From assembly GCA_966250105.1 (NCBI GenBank), contig CBINGC010000015.1, positions 2,496-66,495 of the forward strand: DNA of 64,000 nt. The letters run 5' to 3'. A program made the translations under genes and the position numbers. The notes under the pieces were generated by a model that did not search any database, was not told the origin of the DNA, and worked only from the letters and a program-made list of their open reading frames with translations. This document shows positions 1 to 8,997 of the stretch, in pieces (position 1 is the first letter of the stretch; each line of letters begins with the position of its first letter). This DNA is from an uncultured Sphingopyxis sp. Lineage in GTDB: Bacteria > Pseudomonadota > Alphaproteobacteria > Sphingomonadales > Sphingomonadaceae.

Positions 1-744
1 GCGGAACGGTTTGGCTTCGTCGGCGGCGCTGCCGATCTCGACATTTTCGAGATGCTCGATCAGCGCCGGCCCCGTGAACCAGGGCATATTGTCCGACAGC
101 GCGGTGATATTATCGCCCTTGAAGCCCGAGATCGGGATCGCGGTAAAATTGGTGATGCCGATCTCGCTCGCGAAGGCGCGGTAGGCCAGCGTGATACGGT
201 CGAACACGGCCTTCTCGTAACCGACAAGGTCCATCTTGTTCACCGCGAGCACGATATGCTTGATGCCGATCAGATGCGCGAGGAAGCTGTGGCGGCGCGT
301 CTGGGTGAGCACGCCCTTGCGCGCGTCGATCAGGATGACAGCAAGGTCGGCGGTCGAGGCGCCGGTGACCATGTTGCGCGTATATTGCTCATGCCCCGGC
401 GTGTCGGCGACGATGAACTTGCGCTTTTCGGTGGTGAAGAAGCGATAGGCGACGTCGATCGTGATCCCCTGCTCACGCTCGGCGGCAAGACCATCGACGA
501 GCAGCGCGAAGTCGATCTCCTGCCCCTGCGTGCCGACGCGCTTGCTGTCGGCCTCGAGCGCGGCGAGCTGGTCCTCGAAGATCATCTTCGAATCATAGAG
601 CAACCGCCCGATCAGCGTCGACTTGCCGTCGTCAACCGAACCGCAGGTGATGAAGCGCAGCAGCGACTTCTTTTCATGCCCCGCGAGATAGGCGTCGATG
701 TCCTCGGCGATTAGCGCGTCGGTGACGTAAACAGGATCGGTCAT
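1..744 (-). CDS. cysN: Sulfate adenylyltransferase subunit 1 (CysN GTPase), N-terminal part; the gene runs off the left edge
   Basis: Absent from the ORF track because it is truncated by the window edge. The reverse complement from the ATG (744..742) reads [48 protein letters not shown]..., with a GxxxxGKS/T G1 motif typical of CysN. It lies downstream of cysD. The +strand ORF 52..714 is its antisense shadow. Confidence 0.9.
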   Translation of the reverse strand, partial: MTDPVYVTDALIAEDIDAYLAGHEKKSLLRFITCGSVDDGKSTLIGRLLYDSKMIFEDQLAALEADSKRVGTQGQEIDFALLVDGLAAEREQGITIDVAYRFFTTEKRKFIVADTPGHEQYTRNMVTGASTADLAVILIDARKGVLTQTRRHSFLAHLIGIKHIVLAVNKMDLVGYEKAVFDRITLAYRAFASEIGITNFTAIPISGFKGDNITALSDNMPWFTGPALIEHLENVEIGSAADEAKPFR

Positions 745-760
745 ATCTTTAACTTCGTCA

Positions 761-832
761 TTCCCGCGAAGGCGGGAATCCCGCTCCGCTCGTTGGTTCC
801 GAAAGAGGCCCCCGCCTTCGCGGGGGTTGACC
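761..832. repeat. GC-rich double-hairpin repeat element (family B) flanked by the 8-bp direct repeat CTTCGTCA
   Basis: Hairpin TTCCCGC-GAAG-GCGGGAA at 761..778 and hairpin CCCCCGC-CTTC-GCGGGGG at 809..826. CTTCGTCA occurs at 753..760 and again at 833..840. The element shares the 12-mer CCTTCGCGGGGG and the 8-mer GACCCTTC with the element at 19991..20129. Confidence 0.6.
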
Positions 833-861
833 CTTCGTCAATCTGAAGATTGACGTGGCGG

Positions 862-1767
862 TCAAAAATACCCCTCCTGCTTTTTCTTCTCCATGCTGGC
901 GTCACCGCCATCCTTGTCGATGATCCGGCCTTGTCGCTCGGAGGTGGTCGTGAGCAGCATTTCCTGAATGACCTCGGAGAGCGTTTTCGCCTCGCTCTCG
1001 ACCGCGCCGGTAAGCGGATAGCAGCCGAGGGTACGGAACCGCACCGAGCGTTCGACCGGCGTCTCGCCGGGACGCAGCGGAAAGCGGTCGTCGTCGACCA
1101 TCAGCAGCAGGCCGTCGCGCTCCACGGTCGGGCGCGGCGCGGCGAAATAGAGCGGGACGATCGGAATATTCTCGCGCGCGATATATTGCCAGATGTCGAG
1201 CTCGGTCCAGTTGGAGATCGGGAAGACGCGGATGCTCTCCCCCTTCGCCTTGCGGGCGTTGTAGAGGTTCCAGAGCTCGGGACGCTGCTTCTTCGGGTCC
1301 CAGCCGTGGCTCGCGGTGCGGAACGAGAAAATGCGCTCCTTGGCGCGGCTTTTTTCCTCGTCGCGCCGCGCGCCGCCAAAGGCGACATCGAAGCCGTGCA
1401 GGTCGAGCGCCTGCTTCAGCCCCTCAGTCTTCCACATGTCGGTGTGCAAGGGGCCATGGTCGAAGGGATTGATGCCGCGCTCCTTGGCCTCCGGGTTCTG
1501 ATAGACGATCAGGTCCATACCGCTTTCGGCCGCCATCCGGTCGCGCAGCTCGTACATCGCCTGGAATTTCCATGTCGTATCGACATGGAGCAAAGGGAAC
1601 GGCGGCGGCGAGGGATAGAAGGCCTTGCGCGCGAGATGAAGCATGACGGCGCTGTCCTTGCCCACGCTGTAAAGCATCACGGGCTTCGCCGCGTCGGCCA
1701 TCACTTCGCGCATGATATGGATGCTCTCGGCCTCGAGCCGGTCGAGATGGGTCAGCGTATCGGTCAT
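862..1767 (-). CDS. cysD: Sulfate adenylyltransferase subunit 2 (CysD, PAPS-reductase/ATP-sulfurylase fold)
   Basis: [22 protein letters not shown]...[17 protein letters not shown]...[15 protein letters not shown] is a near-textbook CysD sequence. I chose the internal ATG (1767..1765, residue 21 of track ORF 862..1827) because the sequence from that point matches the usual CysD N-terminus. Confidence 0.93.
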   Translation of the reverse strand: MTDTLTHLDRLEAESIHIMREVMADAAKPVMLYSVGKDSAVMLHLARKAFYPSPPPFPLLHVDTTWKFQAMYELRDRMAAESGMDLIVYQNPEAKERGINPFDHGPLHTDMWKTEGLKQALDLHGFDVAFGGARRDEEKSRAKERIFSFRTASHGWDPKKQRPELWNLYNARKAKGESIRVFPISNWTELDIWQYIARENIPIVPLYFAAPRPTVERDGLLLMVDDDRFPLRPGETPVERSVRFRTLGCYPLTGAVESEAKTLSEVIQEMLLTTTSERQGRIIDKDGGDASMEKKKQEGYF

Positions 1768-1849
1768 GCCCCGCCCTTGCCTCCCCCGATTGCAGCGCGC
1801 AAACTGTATGGCCTTTCGAGGGGGCAAGCCAGACTTGTGATGCGCGGCG

Positions 1850-2752
1850 TCATGCGGTGATATCGACTTTCATCTGCCGCCATTCGGCCGCGATCGCGGC
1901 GATCGTTTCAAGCGCATGCGTCAGCCGCGGCGCGATGTCGGGAAGCCTGCGCCACGCGGGATCGGCGATCAGCCCGAGTTCGCGGCGGAAATCATAGCCC
2001 GCCACCTTCAAGGGAAGCACCCCCTCGATCGCAAGCGAGACGGGCGCCGTGGTGATCCCGATCCCCGCGGCGACCATACGCAAACATCGCTCGTCGCTTT
2101 CGCTGCGCAGCGCAAAGCGCGGGCGGACGCCGTGGCGCGTAAAGAAGCGGCTCGTCGCGTCGAGGAATTCGCACGACCGGCGCGCAATCATCGTTTCGGC
2201 GGCAAGCTCTTCGGGGCCGACCTCGATGCGTCCGGCCAGCGGATGATCCGCCGCGACAAACATCACGAGCGGCTCCCCATAGAGCGGCGTCACATGGTCG
2301 CCGCGCTCGCCATCGCGCAGCGGAACCAGCGCCATATGGATGCGGCCGCTACTCAGCGCGGCGCGCAATTCGGAGTCGCTGTTTTCGACCAGTTCGATCG
2401 CGAAGCTCGGCCGCAGCGCCGCAGCGATCGCCTGCAGCAACTCCGCGGGCGCCGAGCGAATGACCCCAAGCTTGAGTTCGGCCGCCTGACGGTCGCTCTC
2501 GCGCCCGAAACTGTCGGCGGAACGAAAGCCGCGTTCCAGGTCGCGCGCGATCGGCAGAAAGCGCCCGCCCGCTTCGGTCAGGCGGATCTGCCGGCGATTA
2601 CGAATGAACAGCGGCGTTCCGACAAGCTTTTCGAGCTCGGCGATCCCCGTCGACAGCGCCGGCTGGGTCACGCGGATGCGCAGCGCCGCCTGCGTGAAGC
2701 TGCCGGCATCGACGACGGCGAGAAACTGCCGGATGTGCGCGCGCTTTATCAT
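1850..2752 (-). CDS. LysR-family transcriptional regulator, divergent from ivd
   Basis: N-terminal HTH ([43 protein letters not shown]) followed by a LysR substrate-binding domain, 300 aa. It is divergently arranged with the isovaleryl-CoA dehydrogenase gene. Confidence 0.9.
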   Translation of the reverse strand: MIKRAHIRQFLAVVDAGSFTQAALRIRVTQPALSTGIAELEKLVGTPLFIRNRRQIRLTEAGGRFLPIARDLERGFRSADSFGRESDRQAAELKLGVIRSAPAELLQAIAAALRPSFAIELVENSDSELRAALSSGRIHMALVPLRDGERGDHVTPLYGEPLVMFVAADHPLAGRIEVGPEELAAETMIARRSCEFLDATSRFFTRHGVRPRFALRSESDERCLRMVAAGIGITTAPVSLAIEGVLPLKVAGYDFRRELGLIADPAWRRLPDIAPRLTHALETIAAIAAEWRQMKVDITA

Positions 2753-2853
2753 AAATTTTTCTTATGCCAAATCTTACCCTGTTTCAATTTCCATATGCAG
2801 AAATTTTGATGCACTATCGCGGCCTGTACCGCCCCCAGACCGATAGGTAATCC

Positions 2854-4023
2854 ATGCGCGCCACCCCCGACTTCGATTTCGCGCTCGGCGAAACCGCCGA
2901 CATGATCCGCGATACGACCGCCCGCTTCGCCGACGAACAGATCGCGCCGCTCGCGGCAAAGGCCGATGCGCAGGACTGGTTTCCGCGCGAAGAGCTATGG
3001 ACGCAGATGGGCGCGCTCGGCCTGCACGGCATCACCGTCGAGGAAGAATATGGCGGGCTCGGCCTCGGCTATCTCGAGCATGTCATCGCCGTAGAGGAAG
3101 TCAGCCGCGCATCGGCCGCGATCGGTCTTTCCTATGGCGCGCATTCGAACCTGTGCGTCAACCAGATCCGCCGCTGGGGCAACGCCGATCAGAAAGCAAA
3201 ATATCTCCCCAAGCTGATCTCGGGCGAGCATGTCGGCAGTCTCGCGATGTCCGAAGCGGGCGCCGGCAGCGACGTCGTGTCGATGAAGCTGAAGGCCGAC
3301 AGGGTTCAGGGCGGCTATGTCCTCAACGGCACCAAATTCTGGATCACCAATGCGACCTGTGCCGACACGCTCGTCGTCTATGCCAAGACGAGCCCCGAGG
3401 CGGGATCGCGCGGCATCACCGCCTTCCTGATCGAAAAGGACATGCCGGGGTTCAACATCGGGCAAAAGATCGACAAGGTCGGCATGCGCGGCTCGCCGAC
3501 CGCCGAGCTGGTCTTCACCGATTGCGAAGTGTCCGAAGACCAGGTCATGGGGCCGGAGAATGGCGGCGTCGGCGTGCTGATGTCGGGGCTCGATTACGAG
3601 CGCGTCGTGCTCGCCGGGCTCCAGCTCGGCATCATGCAGGCATGCCTCGATACGGTCATCCCTTACGTGCGCGAGCGCAAGCAGTTCGGCAAGCCGATCG
3701 GCTCGTTCCAGCTGATGCAGGCGAAGGTCGCCGACATGTATGTCATGCTCCAGTCGGCGCGTTCCTATGTTTACAACGTCGCGAAAGCCTGCGACGCGGG
3801 GCAGACGACGCGCTTCGACGCTGCGGGCTGCATCCTGCTCGCGAGCGAGAATGCGGTGAAGGTCGCGGGCGAAGCGATCCAGGCGCTCGGCGGCGCGGGC
3901 TATACCAAGGACTGGCCGGTCGAACGTTACTGGCGCGACGCCAAGCTGCTCGACATCGGCGCGGGCACGAACGAGATCCGCCGCATGCTGATCGGCCGCG
4001 AGCTGATCGGCGCCGGCGCGTGA
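2854..4023 (+). CDS. ivd: Isovaleryl-CoA dehydrogenase
   Basis: 389-aa acyl-CoA dehydrogenase with the typical IVD N-terminus ([60 protein letters not shown]) and C-terminus ([10 protein letters not shown]). It lies in the same cluster as mccA and mccB. Confidence 0.93.
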   Translation: MRATPDFDFALGETADMIRDTTARFADEQIAPLAAKADAQDWFPREELWTQMGALGLHGITVEEEYGGLGLGYLEHVIAVEEVSRASAAIGLSYGAHSNLCVNQIRRWGNADQKAKYLPKLISGEHVGSLAMSEAGAGSDVVSMKLKADRVQGGYVLNGTKFWITNATCADTLVVYAKTSPEAGSRGITAFLIEKDMPGFNIGQKIDKVGMRGSPTAELVFTDCEVSEDQVMGPENGGVGVLMSGLDYERVVLAGLQLGIMQACLDTVIPYVRERKQFGKPIGSFQLMQAKVADMYVMLQSARSYVYNVAKACDAGQTTRFDAAGCILLASENAVKVAGEAIQALGGAGYTKDWPVERYWRDAKLLDIGAGTNEIRRMLIGRELIGAGA

Positions 4024-4367
4024 TCTGGCTCTGGCTGTCGGCCGCCTTCATGGTGACCACGGCCGGGGTTCATGGCTATCTGGGCGAACGCAGGCTGATG
4101 GGACCGTTGATGACGCTCGATCAGGGGGTGATGGGCATCGATCTGGCGCGCCGGGTGTTTCGTCTCGCGTGGCATGCGCTTTCGCTCCTCATGCTCGTAT
4201 CGGCTGCGTCGGTCGTCTGGCCGGGCACTCCGCGCGGGCTGATCCTGCTGATCGGCGCGGCGTGGACCGCGACCGGGCTGTTCGACGCTATCTATACGAG
4301 CGGCAGGCATATCGGCTGGCCCTTCCTGACCGCCTCGGGCGTGTTCGCGCTGCTGGGTACGTCATGA
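4020..4367 (+). CDS. Hypothetical small integral membrane protein (start uncertain)
   Basis: This is the tail of track ORF 2997..4367. An in-frame GTG at 4020 overlaps the ivd stop (GTGA). The product [17 protein letters not shown]...[19 protein letters not shown]...[14 protein letters not shown] has several hydrophobic helices. I recognise no family. Confidence 0.45.
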   Translation: MIWLWLSAAFMVTTAGVHGYLGERRLMGPLMTLDQGVMGIDLARRVFRLAWHALSLLMLVSAASVVWPGTPRGLILLIGAAWTATGLFDAIYTSGRHIGWPFLTASGVFALLGTS

Positions 4368-4404
4368 GCCTGCTGCCGTTTCATGTTATCGGCTGCGATC
4401 GCCG

Positions 4405-4692
4405 GTGAGCGACACCTTGCTCACCGTCCTGCAATATTATGGCGCGGGCGCAGCGACGCTCGCGGCGCTGCTCGTCTCGCTCAATCTCGGGCGGCGCTGG
4501 ACCGGCTGGGCTTTCGTCATCTTCGTGACGAGCAGCCTCGCGCTGATCGGCTGGGGTTTCCTGCAACCCGACAGCGAGGGCATCGGGTGGCAGAATATCG
4601 CGCTGCTCGGCATCAACTGCGTCGGCGTCTATCGCTATCTGATCCTGAAGGAAAAGCCCGGCGAGCCGGCGGATCAGGGCGGGACCGACTGA
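4405..4692 (+). CDS. Hypothetical 95-aa membrane protein with 3 predicted TM segments (GTG start)
   Basis: GTG at 4405. Hydrophobic segments are GAGAATLAALLVSL, WAFVIFVTSSLALIGWGF and IALLGINCVGVYRYLIL. Codon usage matches the host. I recognise no family. Confidence 0.5.
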   Translation: MSDTLLTVLQYYGAGAATLAALLVSLNLGRRWTGWAFVIFVTSSLALIGWGFLQPDSEGIGWQNIALLGINCVGVYRYLILKEKPGEPADQGGTD

Positions 4693-4713
4693 GTGCCCCG
4701 CCCTTGCCCGTCA

Positions 4714-6807
4714 TCAGCCCCAGACGCGGACGCGCTTGTCGGGCGCGAGGTAGAGCTTGTCGCCTTCCTTGACGTCGAACGCCTTGTACCAGGCGTCGAG
4801 GTTGCGGACGGTGAGCGCGCGATAATTGCCCGGCGCATGGCCGTCGGTCGCGACGCGCGCGCGGAGCGCCTCGTCGCGCATCTTGGTCGCCCAGGTCTGC
4901 GCATAGGCGATGAAGAAACGCTGGTCGCCGGTGAAGCCGCCGATCACCGGCGCGTCCTTGCCGTTCAGCGACGCGCGATACGCGTCATACGCGGCCTGCA
5001 GACCCGCGACGTCGGCGATATTCTCACCCAGCGTCAGCTTGCCGTTCACCGCGAGGTCGGGGAACGGCTTATACGTGTCATATTGCGCGGCGAGCGCCGA
5101 GCCCGCTTCCCCGAACTTCTTGAGGTCGGCGGCGGTCCACCAGTTGCGCAGTGCCCCCGTCGAGTCGAACGCCGCGCCATTATTGTCGAAACTGTGGCTG
5201 ATCTCGTGGCCGATGACGGCGCCGATCGCGCCATAGTTGTAGGCCGGGTCGGCCTTGGCGTTGAAGAAGGGCGGCTGGAGGATCGCGGCGGGGAAGTTCA
5301 GCGCGTTCTGCACCGGCAGGTTGACCGCGTTGACCGTCTGTGGGGTCATCCACCATTCGCCCTTGTCCATCGGCTTGCCGATCTTGGCGAGCTGGTGCGC
5401 ATATTCCGCCTTTTGCCCCGCGACCTCGTTCGCATAGGCGTTGTCGGCGCTGACGCTATAGCTGCCATAGTCGCGCCAGCTTTCGGGATAGCCGACGCCG
5501 ACGACGATCGTCTCGACCTTCTTGATCGCTTCCTTCTTCGTTTCGGGCGCCATCCAGTCGATGCCGTTCACGCGCGTCGCAAAAGCCGCCTTGATACCCT
5601 TCACCATGTCCCCGACTTCGGCCTTGGCGGAGGCGGGGAAATATTTCTCGGCATAGACGCGGCCGACCGCGTCGCCGAGGTCGGTGTTCAGCGCATCGAG
5701 CGCGCGCTTGTCGCGGCTGCGCTGCTGCGGTGTGCCCGCAAGCGTCGTGCCGTAAAAAGCGAAGTGCGCGCTGTCGATCGCGCTCGGCAGCACGTCACTA
5801 TGGCTGTTGATCTGGTGGAACGTCAGCCAGTCCTTCCACGCATCGAGCGGCTCCGACGCCACAAGCGCCGACAGGCCGGTGATCGCGTTCGCATGATAGG
5901 CGCCGAACTTGCCCGCCTTGTCGAGCTTCGCCGCGGCAAAATAGGCATCCCAGTCGATGCCGGGCGCCTTCTTCGCGAAATCGGCCTTCGTCCAGACGTC
6001 GGCCGATTGAGTGAAGTCCTCGCTCTGTTCGCGGCTGGCGTGCGCGCGCGCGATCTTGAGTTCGAGGTCGTAGATGCGCTTCGCCTTCGCCGCGGCGTCG
6101 CTCTGCCCCGCTGCGCTCAGCAGCTTTTCGATATAGGCCTGATAGTCGGTGCGGATCGCCGCCATCTTCGGATCGGCCGACAGATAATATTCGCGCTCGG
6201 GAAGCCCCAGCCCGCCCTGCAACATATAGGGGATCACTTCGCCCGGGGTCGCGAGCCCTTGAGTCACGAAAACACCGAAGAGATTCTCGGTGCCAAAGTC
6301 GGTCGCGTTGAGCGGGTCGACGTCGGCGCGGGTCTGTTCGCCGAGGACCTTCGACAGCGTCGCCTTGTCGGCGATCGCGGCGAAACGCGCGAGGTCGGCT
6401 TCGACCGGCTTCATACCCGCGGCGTCGATCGCCGGCCTGTTCATATAGGCTTTGTAGAAAGCGGCGATGCGGCCTTCGTCGGTGCCCGGTTCGCCGCCCT
6501 TCTGGACGATCGCGCCGACGAGTTCGCGGACGCGCTTCTCGGTTTCGAGAAAGGCGATGTAGAAAGCGCCGATCGAGGAACGGTCGGCGGGGATTTCAGT
6601 CGTCTTTTGCCAATTGCCGTTCGCATAGGCGTAGAAATCGTCGCCCGGCTTCACGCTGGTATCCATCGCGGCCTTGCTGATGCCGAGTTCGGTCCCGACG
6701 GTGTAGGCGGCGGCGGCCTTTTCGGCTTGGTCGCCCTTCGAACAGGCGACGGGTCCCGCGACGATCGCAGCGGTCGAAAGCAATATGGCGAAGGCGGCTT
6801 TTTTCAT
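4714..6807 (-). CDS. M13-family zinc metallopeptidase (PepO / endothelin-converting-enzyme-like), lipoprotein
   Basis: HEISH (HExxH) and ENIADVAGL (ExxxD) motifs, about 700 aa. The start is placed at the ATG at 6807 (MKKAAFAILLSTAAIVAGPVAC, signal peptide with lipobox) rather than the track start at 6963. Confidence 0.9.
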   Translation of the reverse strand: MKKAAFAILLSTAAIVAGPVACSKGDQAEKAAAAYTVGTELGISKAAMDTSVKPGDDFYAYANGNWQKTTEIPADRSSIGAFYIAFLETEKRVRELVGAIVQKGGEPGTDEGRIAAFYKAYMNRPAIDAAGMKPVEADLARFAAIADKATLSKVLGEQTRADVDPLNATDFGTENLFGVFVTQGLATPGEVIPYMLQGGLGLPEREYYLSADPKMAAIRTDYQAYIEKLLSAAGQSDAAAKAKRIYDLELKIARAHASREQSEDFTQSADVWTKADFAKKAPGIDWDAYFAAAKLDKAGKFGAYHANAITGLSALVASEPLDAWKDWLTFHQINSHSDVLPSAIDSAHFAFYGTTLAGTPQQRSRDKRALDALNTDLGDAVGRVYAEKYFPASAKAEVGDMVKGIKAAFATRVNGIDWMAPETKKEAIKKVETIVVGVGYPESWRDYGSYSVSADNAYANEVAGQKAEYAHQLAKIGKPMDKGEWWMTPQTVNAVNLPVQNALNFPAAILQPPFFNAKADPAYNYGAIGAVIGHEISHSFDNNGAAFDSTGALRNWWTAADLKKFGEAGSALAAQYDTYKPFPDLAVNGKLTLGENIADVAGLQAAYDAYRASLNGKDAPVIGGFTGDQRFFIAYAQTWATKMRDEALRARVATDGHAPGNYRALTVRNLDAWYKAFDVKEGDKLYLAPDKRVRVWG

Positions 6808-6953
6808 AAGAATGACCTTGTTTTTAAGCGGGCATGCAGGGGGCATAGGCCTGTGACGAATTGGTTTCAACGCCAACCATTTTCGGCCTGCGGTCCTTGT
6901 CGCTCGACGAGCGGCGGGATAGTCCGGCCCGACTTCAGAGGAGATTTCGAAAC

Positions 6954-8552
6954 GTGAGCGCACCTGTTCTGGGCACGATGGTCAACGCGGAGAGCGACAC
7001 GTTCCACGCCAATGCCGCGCACAATCGCGGCTTACGCGACGAGCTTTACGCGCGCGTCGCCGAAGCCGGGCTTGGCGGCAACGAGAAGTCGCGCGAGCGC
7101 CACACGAGCCGCGGCAAGCTGCTGCCACGCCAGCGCGTCGAGCGGTTGCTCGATCCGGGCTCGCCCTTCCTCGAAATCGGCCAGCTCGCGGCGTGCGACA
7201 TGTATGAGGGTGAGGTGCCGGGCGCGGGCATGATCGCGGGCATCGGCCGCGTGTCGGGGCGGCAGACGATGATCGTGTGCAACGATGCGACGGTGAAGGG
7301 CGGCACTTATTATCCGATGACGGTGAAGAAGCATCTTCGCGCACAGGAGATCGCCGAGGCGAACCGCCTGCCGTGCGTCTACCTCGTCGATTCGGGCGGC
7401 GCGAACCTGCCGCATCAGGACCAGGTGTTTCCCGACCGCGACCATTTCGGGCGCATCTTCTTCAATCAGGCGAACATGTCGGCGAAACGCATCCCACAGA
7501 TCGCGTGCGTGATGGGAAGCTGCACCGCAGGGGGTGCCTATGTCCCCGCGATGAGCGACGAAACCGTCATCGTGCGGGGTCAGGGCACGATCTTCCTCGC
7601 CGGCCCCCCGCTGGTGAAGGCCGCGACGGGCGAGGAGATCAGCGCCGAGGATCTCGGCGGCGGCGACCTCCACGCGAAGAAATCGGGCGTCGTCGACCAT
7701 CTCGCCGAAAATGACGAACATGCGCTGACGATCGTGCGCGATATCGTCAGCCATCTCGGAGCCGACGATGGCTTCAAGGTCGAGATGAAGGAACCGCGGC
7801 CGCCGAAATATGACCTCGAAGAGCTTTACGGCATCATTCCGCAGGACGTTCGCGCGCCCTATGACGTGCACGAGGTCATCGCGCGCATCGTCGACGGCAG
7901 CGAGTTCCACGAGTTCAAGGCGAATTACGGCAGCACGCTCGTCTGCGGCTTCGCGCATATCTGGGGCATTCCCGTCGCGATCCTTGCGAACAATGGCGTG
8001 CTGTTCAGCGAGAGCGCGGTCAAGGGCGCGCATTTCATCGAACTGGCGCAGCAGCGGCGCATCCCCCTGCTCTTCCTTCAGAATATCAGCGGCTTCATGG
8101 TCGGCGGCAAATATGAGGCCGAGGGCATCGCCAAGCATGGCGCCAAGCTGGTGACCGCGGTCGCGACCGCGACGGTGCCGAAGATCACCGTGCTGATCGG
8201 CGGCAGCTTTGGCGCGGGCAATTACGGCATGTGCGGGCGCGCTTACTCGCCCCGCTTCCTGTTCACATGGCCCAATGCGCGGATCAGCGTGATGGGCGGC
8301 GAACAGGCGGCGTCGGTGTTGGCAACCGTCCACCGCGACGCCGACAAATGGACGCCGGAGGAGGCCGAGGCCTTCAAGGCGCCGATCCGCCAGAAATATG
8401 AGGATGAAGGCAACCCCTATCACGCCACCGCGCGCCTCTGGGACGACGGCATCATCGACCCCGCGCAGACCCGCGACGTGCTCGGGCTCGCTTTTGCGGC
8501 AACGCTGAACGCCCCGGTCGAGGACCGCGGCTTCGGGCTGTTCAGGATGTGA
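6954..8552 (+). CDS. mccB: 3-methylcrotonyl-CoA carboxylase beta (carboxyltransferase) subunit
   Basis: Acyl-CoA carboxyltransferase sequence ([27 protein letters not shown]...[14 protein letters not shown]...). The start is probably the in-frame GTG at 6954 ([27 protein letters not shown]); the alternative is the ATG at 6978. Confidence 0.92.
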   Translation: MSAPVLGTMVNAESDTFHANAAHNRGLRDELYARVAEAGLGGNEKSRERHTSRGKLLPRQRVERLLDPGSPFLEIGQLAACDMYEGEVPGAGMIAGIGRVSGRQTMIVCNDATVKGGTYYPMTVKKHLRAQEIAEANRLPCVYLVDSGGANLPHQDQVFPDRDHFGRIFFNQANMSAKRIPQIACVMGSCTAGGAYVPAMSDETVIVRGQGTIFLAGPPLVKAATGEEISAEDLGGGDLHAKKSGVVDHLAENDEHALTIVRDIVSHLGADDGFKVEMKEPRPPKYDLEELYGIIPQDVRAPYDVHEVIARIVDGSEFHEFKANYGSTLVCGFAHIWGIPVAILANNGVLFSESAVKGAHFIELAQQRRIPLLFLQNISGFMVGGKYEAEGIAKHGAKLVTAVATATVPKITVLIGGSFGAGNYGMCGRAYSPRFLFTWPNARISVMGGEQAASVLATVHRDADKWTPEEAEAFKAPIRQKYEDEGNPYHATARLWDDGIIDPAQTRDVLGLAFAATLNAPVEDRGFGLFRM

Positions 8553-8556
8553 TGCG

Positions 8557-8997
8557 ATGCAAAGTCTTGTAAATTCAATTGTTCAGAACCAGACCCTTAC
8601 CGCGCTCTCCATCCTGAGCGGGCTGATTGCGTTAATCGTGTTTGGCTATCAACTCATGAAGCGGGCCCACGCCTTATTTCAAGGGCGAATGGATAGAGTA
8701 ACCGAACGAAATATAACAGACGCGCGAAAAGGCATCGATAACGCACCCTATCTGGTAGCCGTTCTCTTTAATCACGCGATAATATTGGCTGTTTTTGTTT
8801 GGTTTTATTCAATAGTTAAAAACCTAAGAGCTGAAGTTTTGGCCTCGAGCACTCAATCTGAAGCCGTGAATTTATTATCCATAATCCTCGTGGTTTTAAT
8901 GAGTGTTTTATCATTACTCATCGGTGATAGAGGTGCCGATATTTGGCTAATTTCTCGAAGAGTAATTCGCGAGACGAAAGAACGAGACGGCGAATGA
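8557..8997 (+). CDS. AT-rich orphan ORF encoding a 146-aa predicted 3-TM membrane protein, inserted between mccB and mccA
   Basis: The frame stays open for 146 codons in a locally AT-rich block. The ATG lies 4 nt after the mccB stop, and an AGGA is 8-11 nt upstream of it. The stop overlaps the mccA ATG (ATGA at 8994..8997). Hydrophobic segments are LTALSILSGLIALIVFGY, YLVAVLFNHAIILAVFVWFYSIV and LLSIILVVLMSVLSLLIG. Confidence 0.7.
   Translation: MQSLVNSIVQNQTLTALSILSGLIALIVFGYQLMKRAHALFQGRMDRVTERNITDARKGIDNAPYLVAVLFNHAIILAVFVWFYSIVKNLRAEVLASSTQSEAVNLLSIILVVLMSVLSLLIGDRGADIWLISRRVIRETKERDGE

Noticed and set aside
52-714. A 220-aa +strand ORF at the left edge.
   Set aside because: It mirrors the truncated minus-strand cysN gene, whose translation contains the GTPase G1 motif.
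2787-2804. The dyad ATTTC-N8-GAAAT, and ATAA-N7-TTAT at 2751..2765, in the LysR/ivd divergent intergenic region as LysR T-N11-A boxes.
   Set aside because: The half-sites are short and AT-rich in the only AT-rich stretch of the region, so chance occurrence is likely. I cannot support them as features without comparative data.
4693-6957. A 754-aa +strand ORF covering the whole M13 peptidase region.
   Set aside because: It is the antisense shadow of a clearly recognisable minus-strand gene with HExxH and ExxxD motifs. The translation is Arg/Gly/Asp/Val-rich low-complexity sequence with no recognisable domain, which is typical of high-GC DNA.
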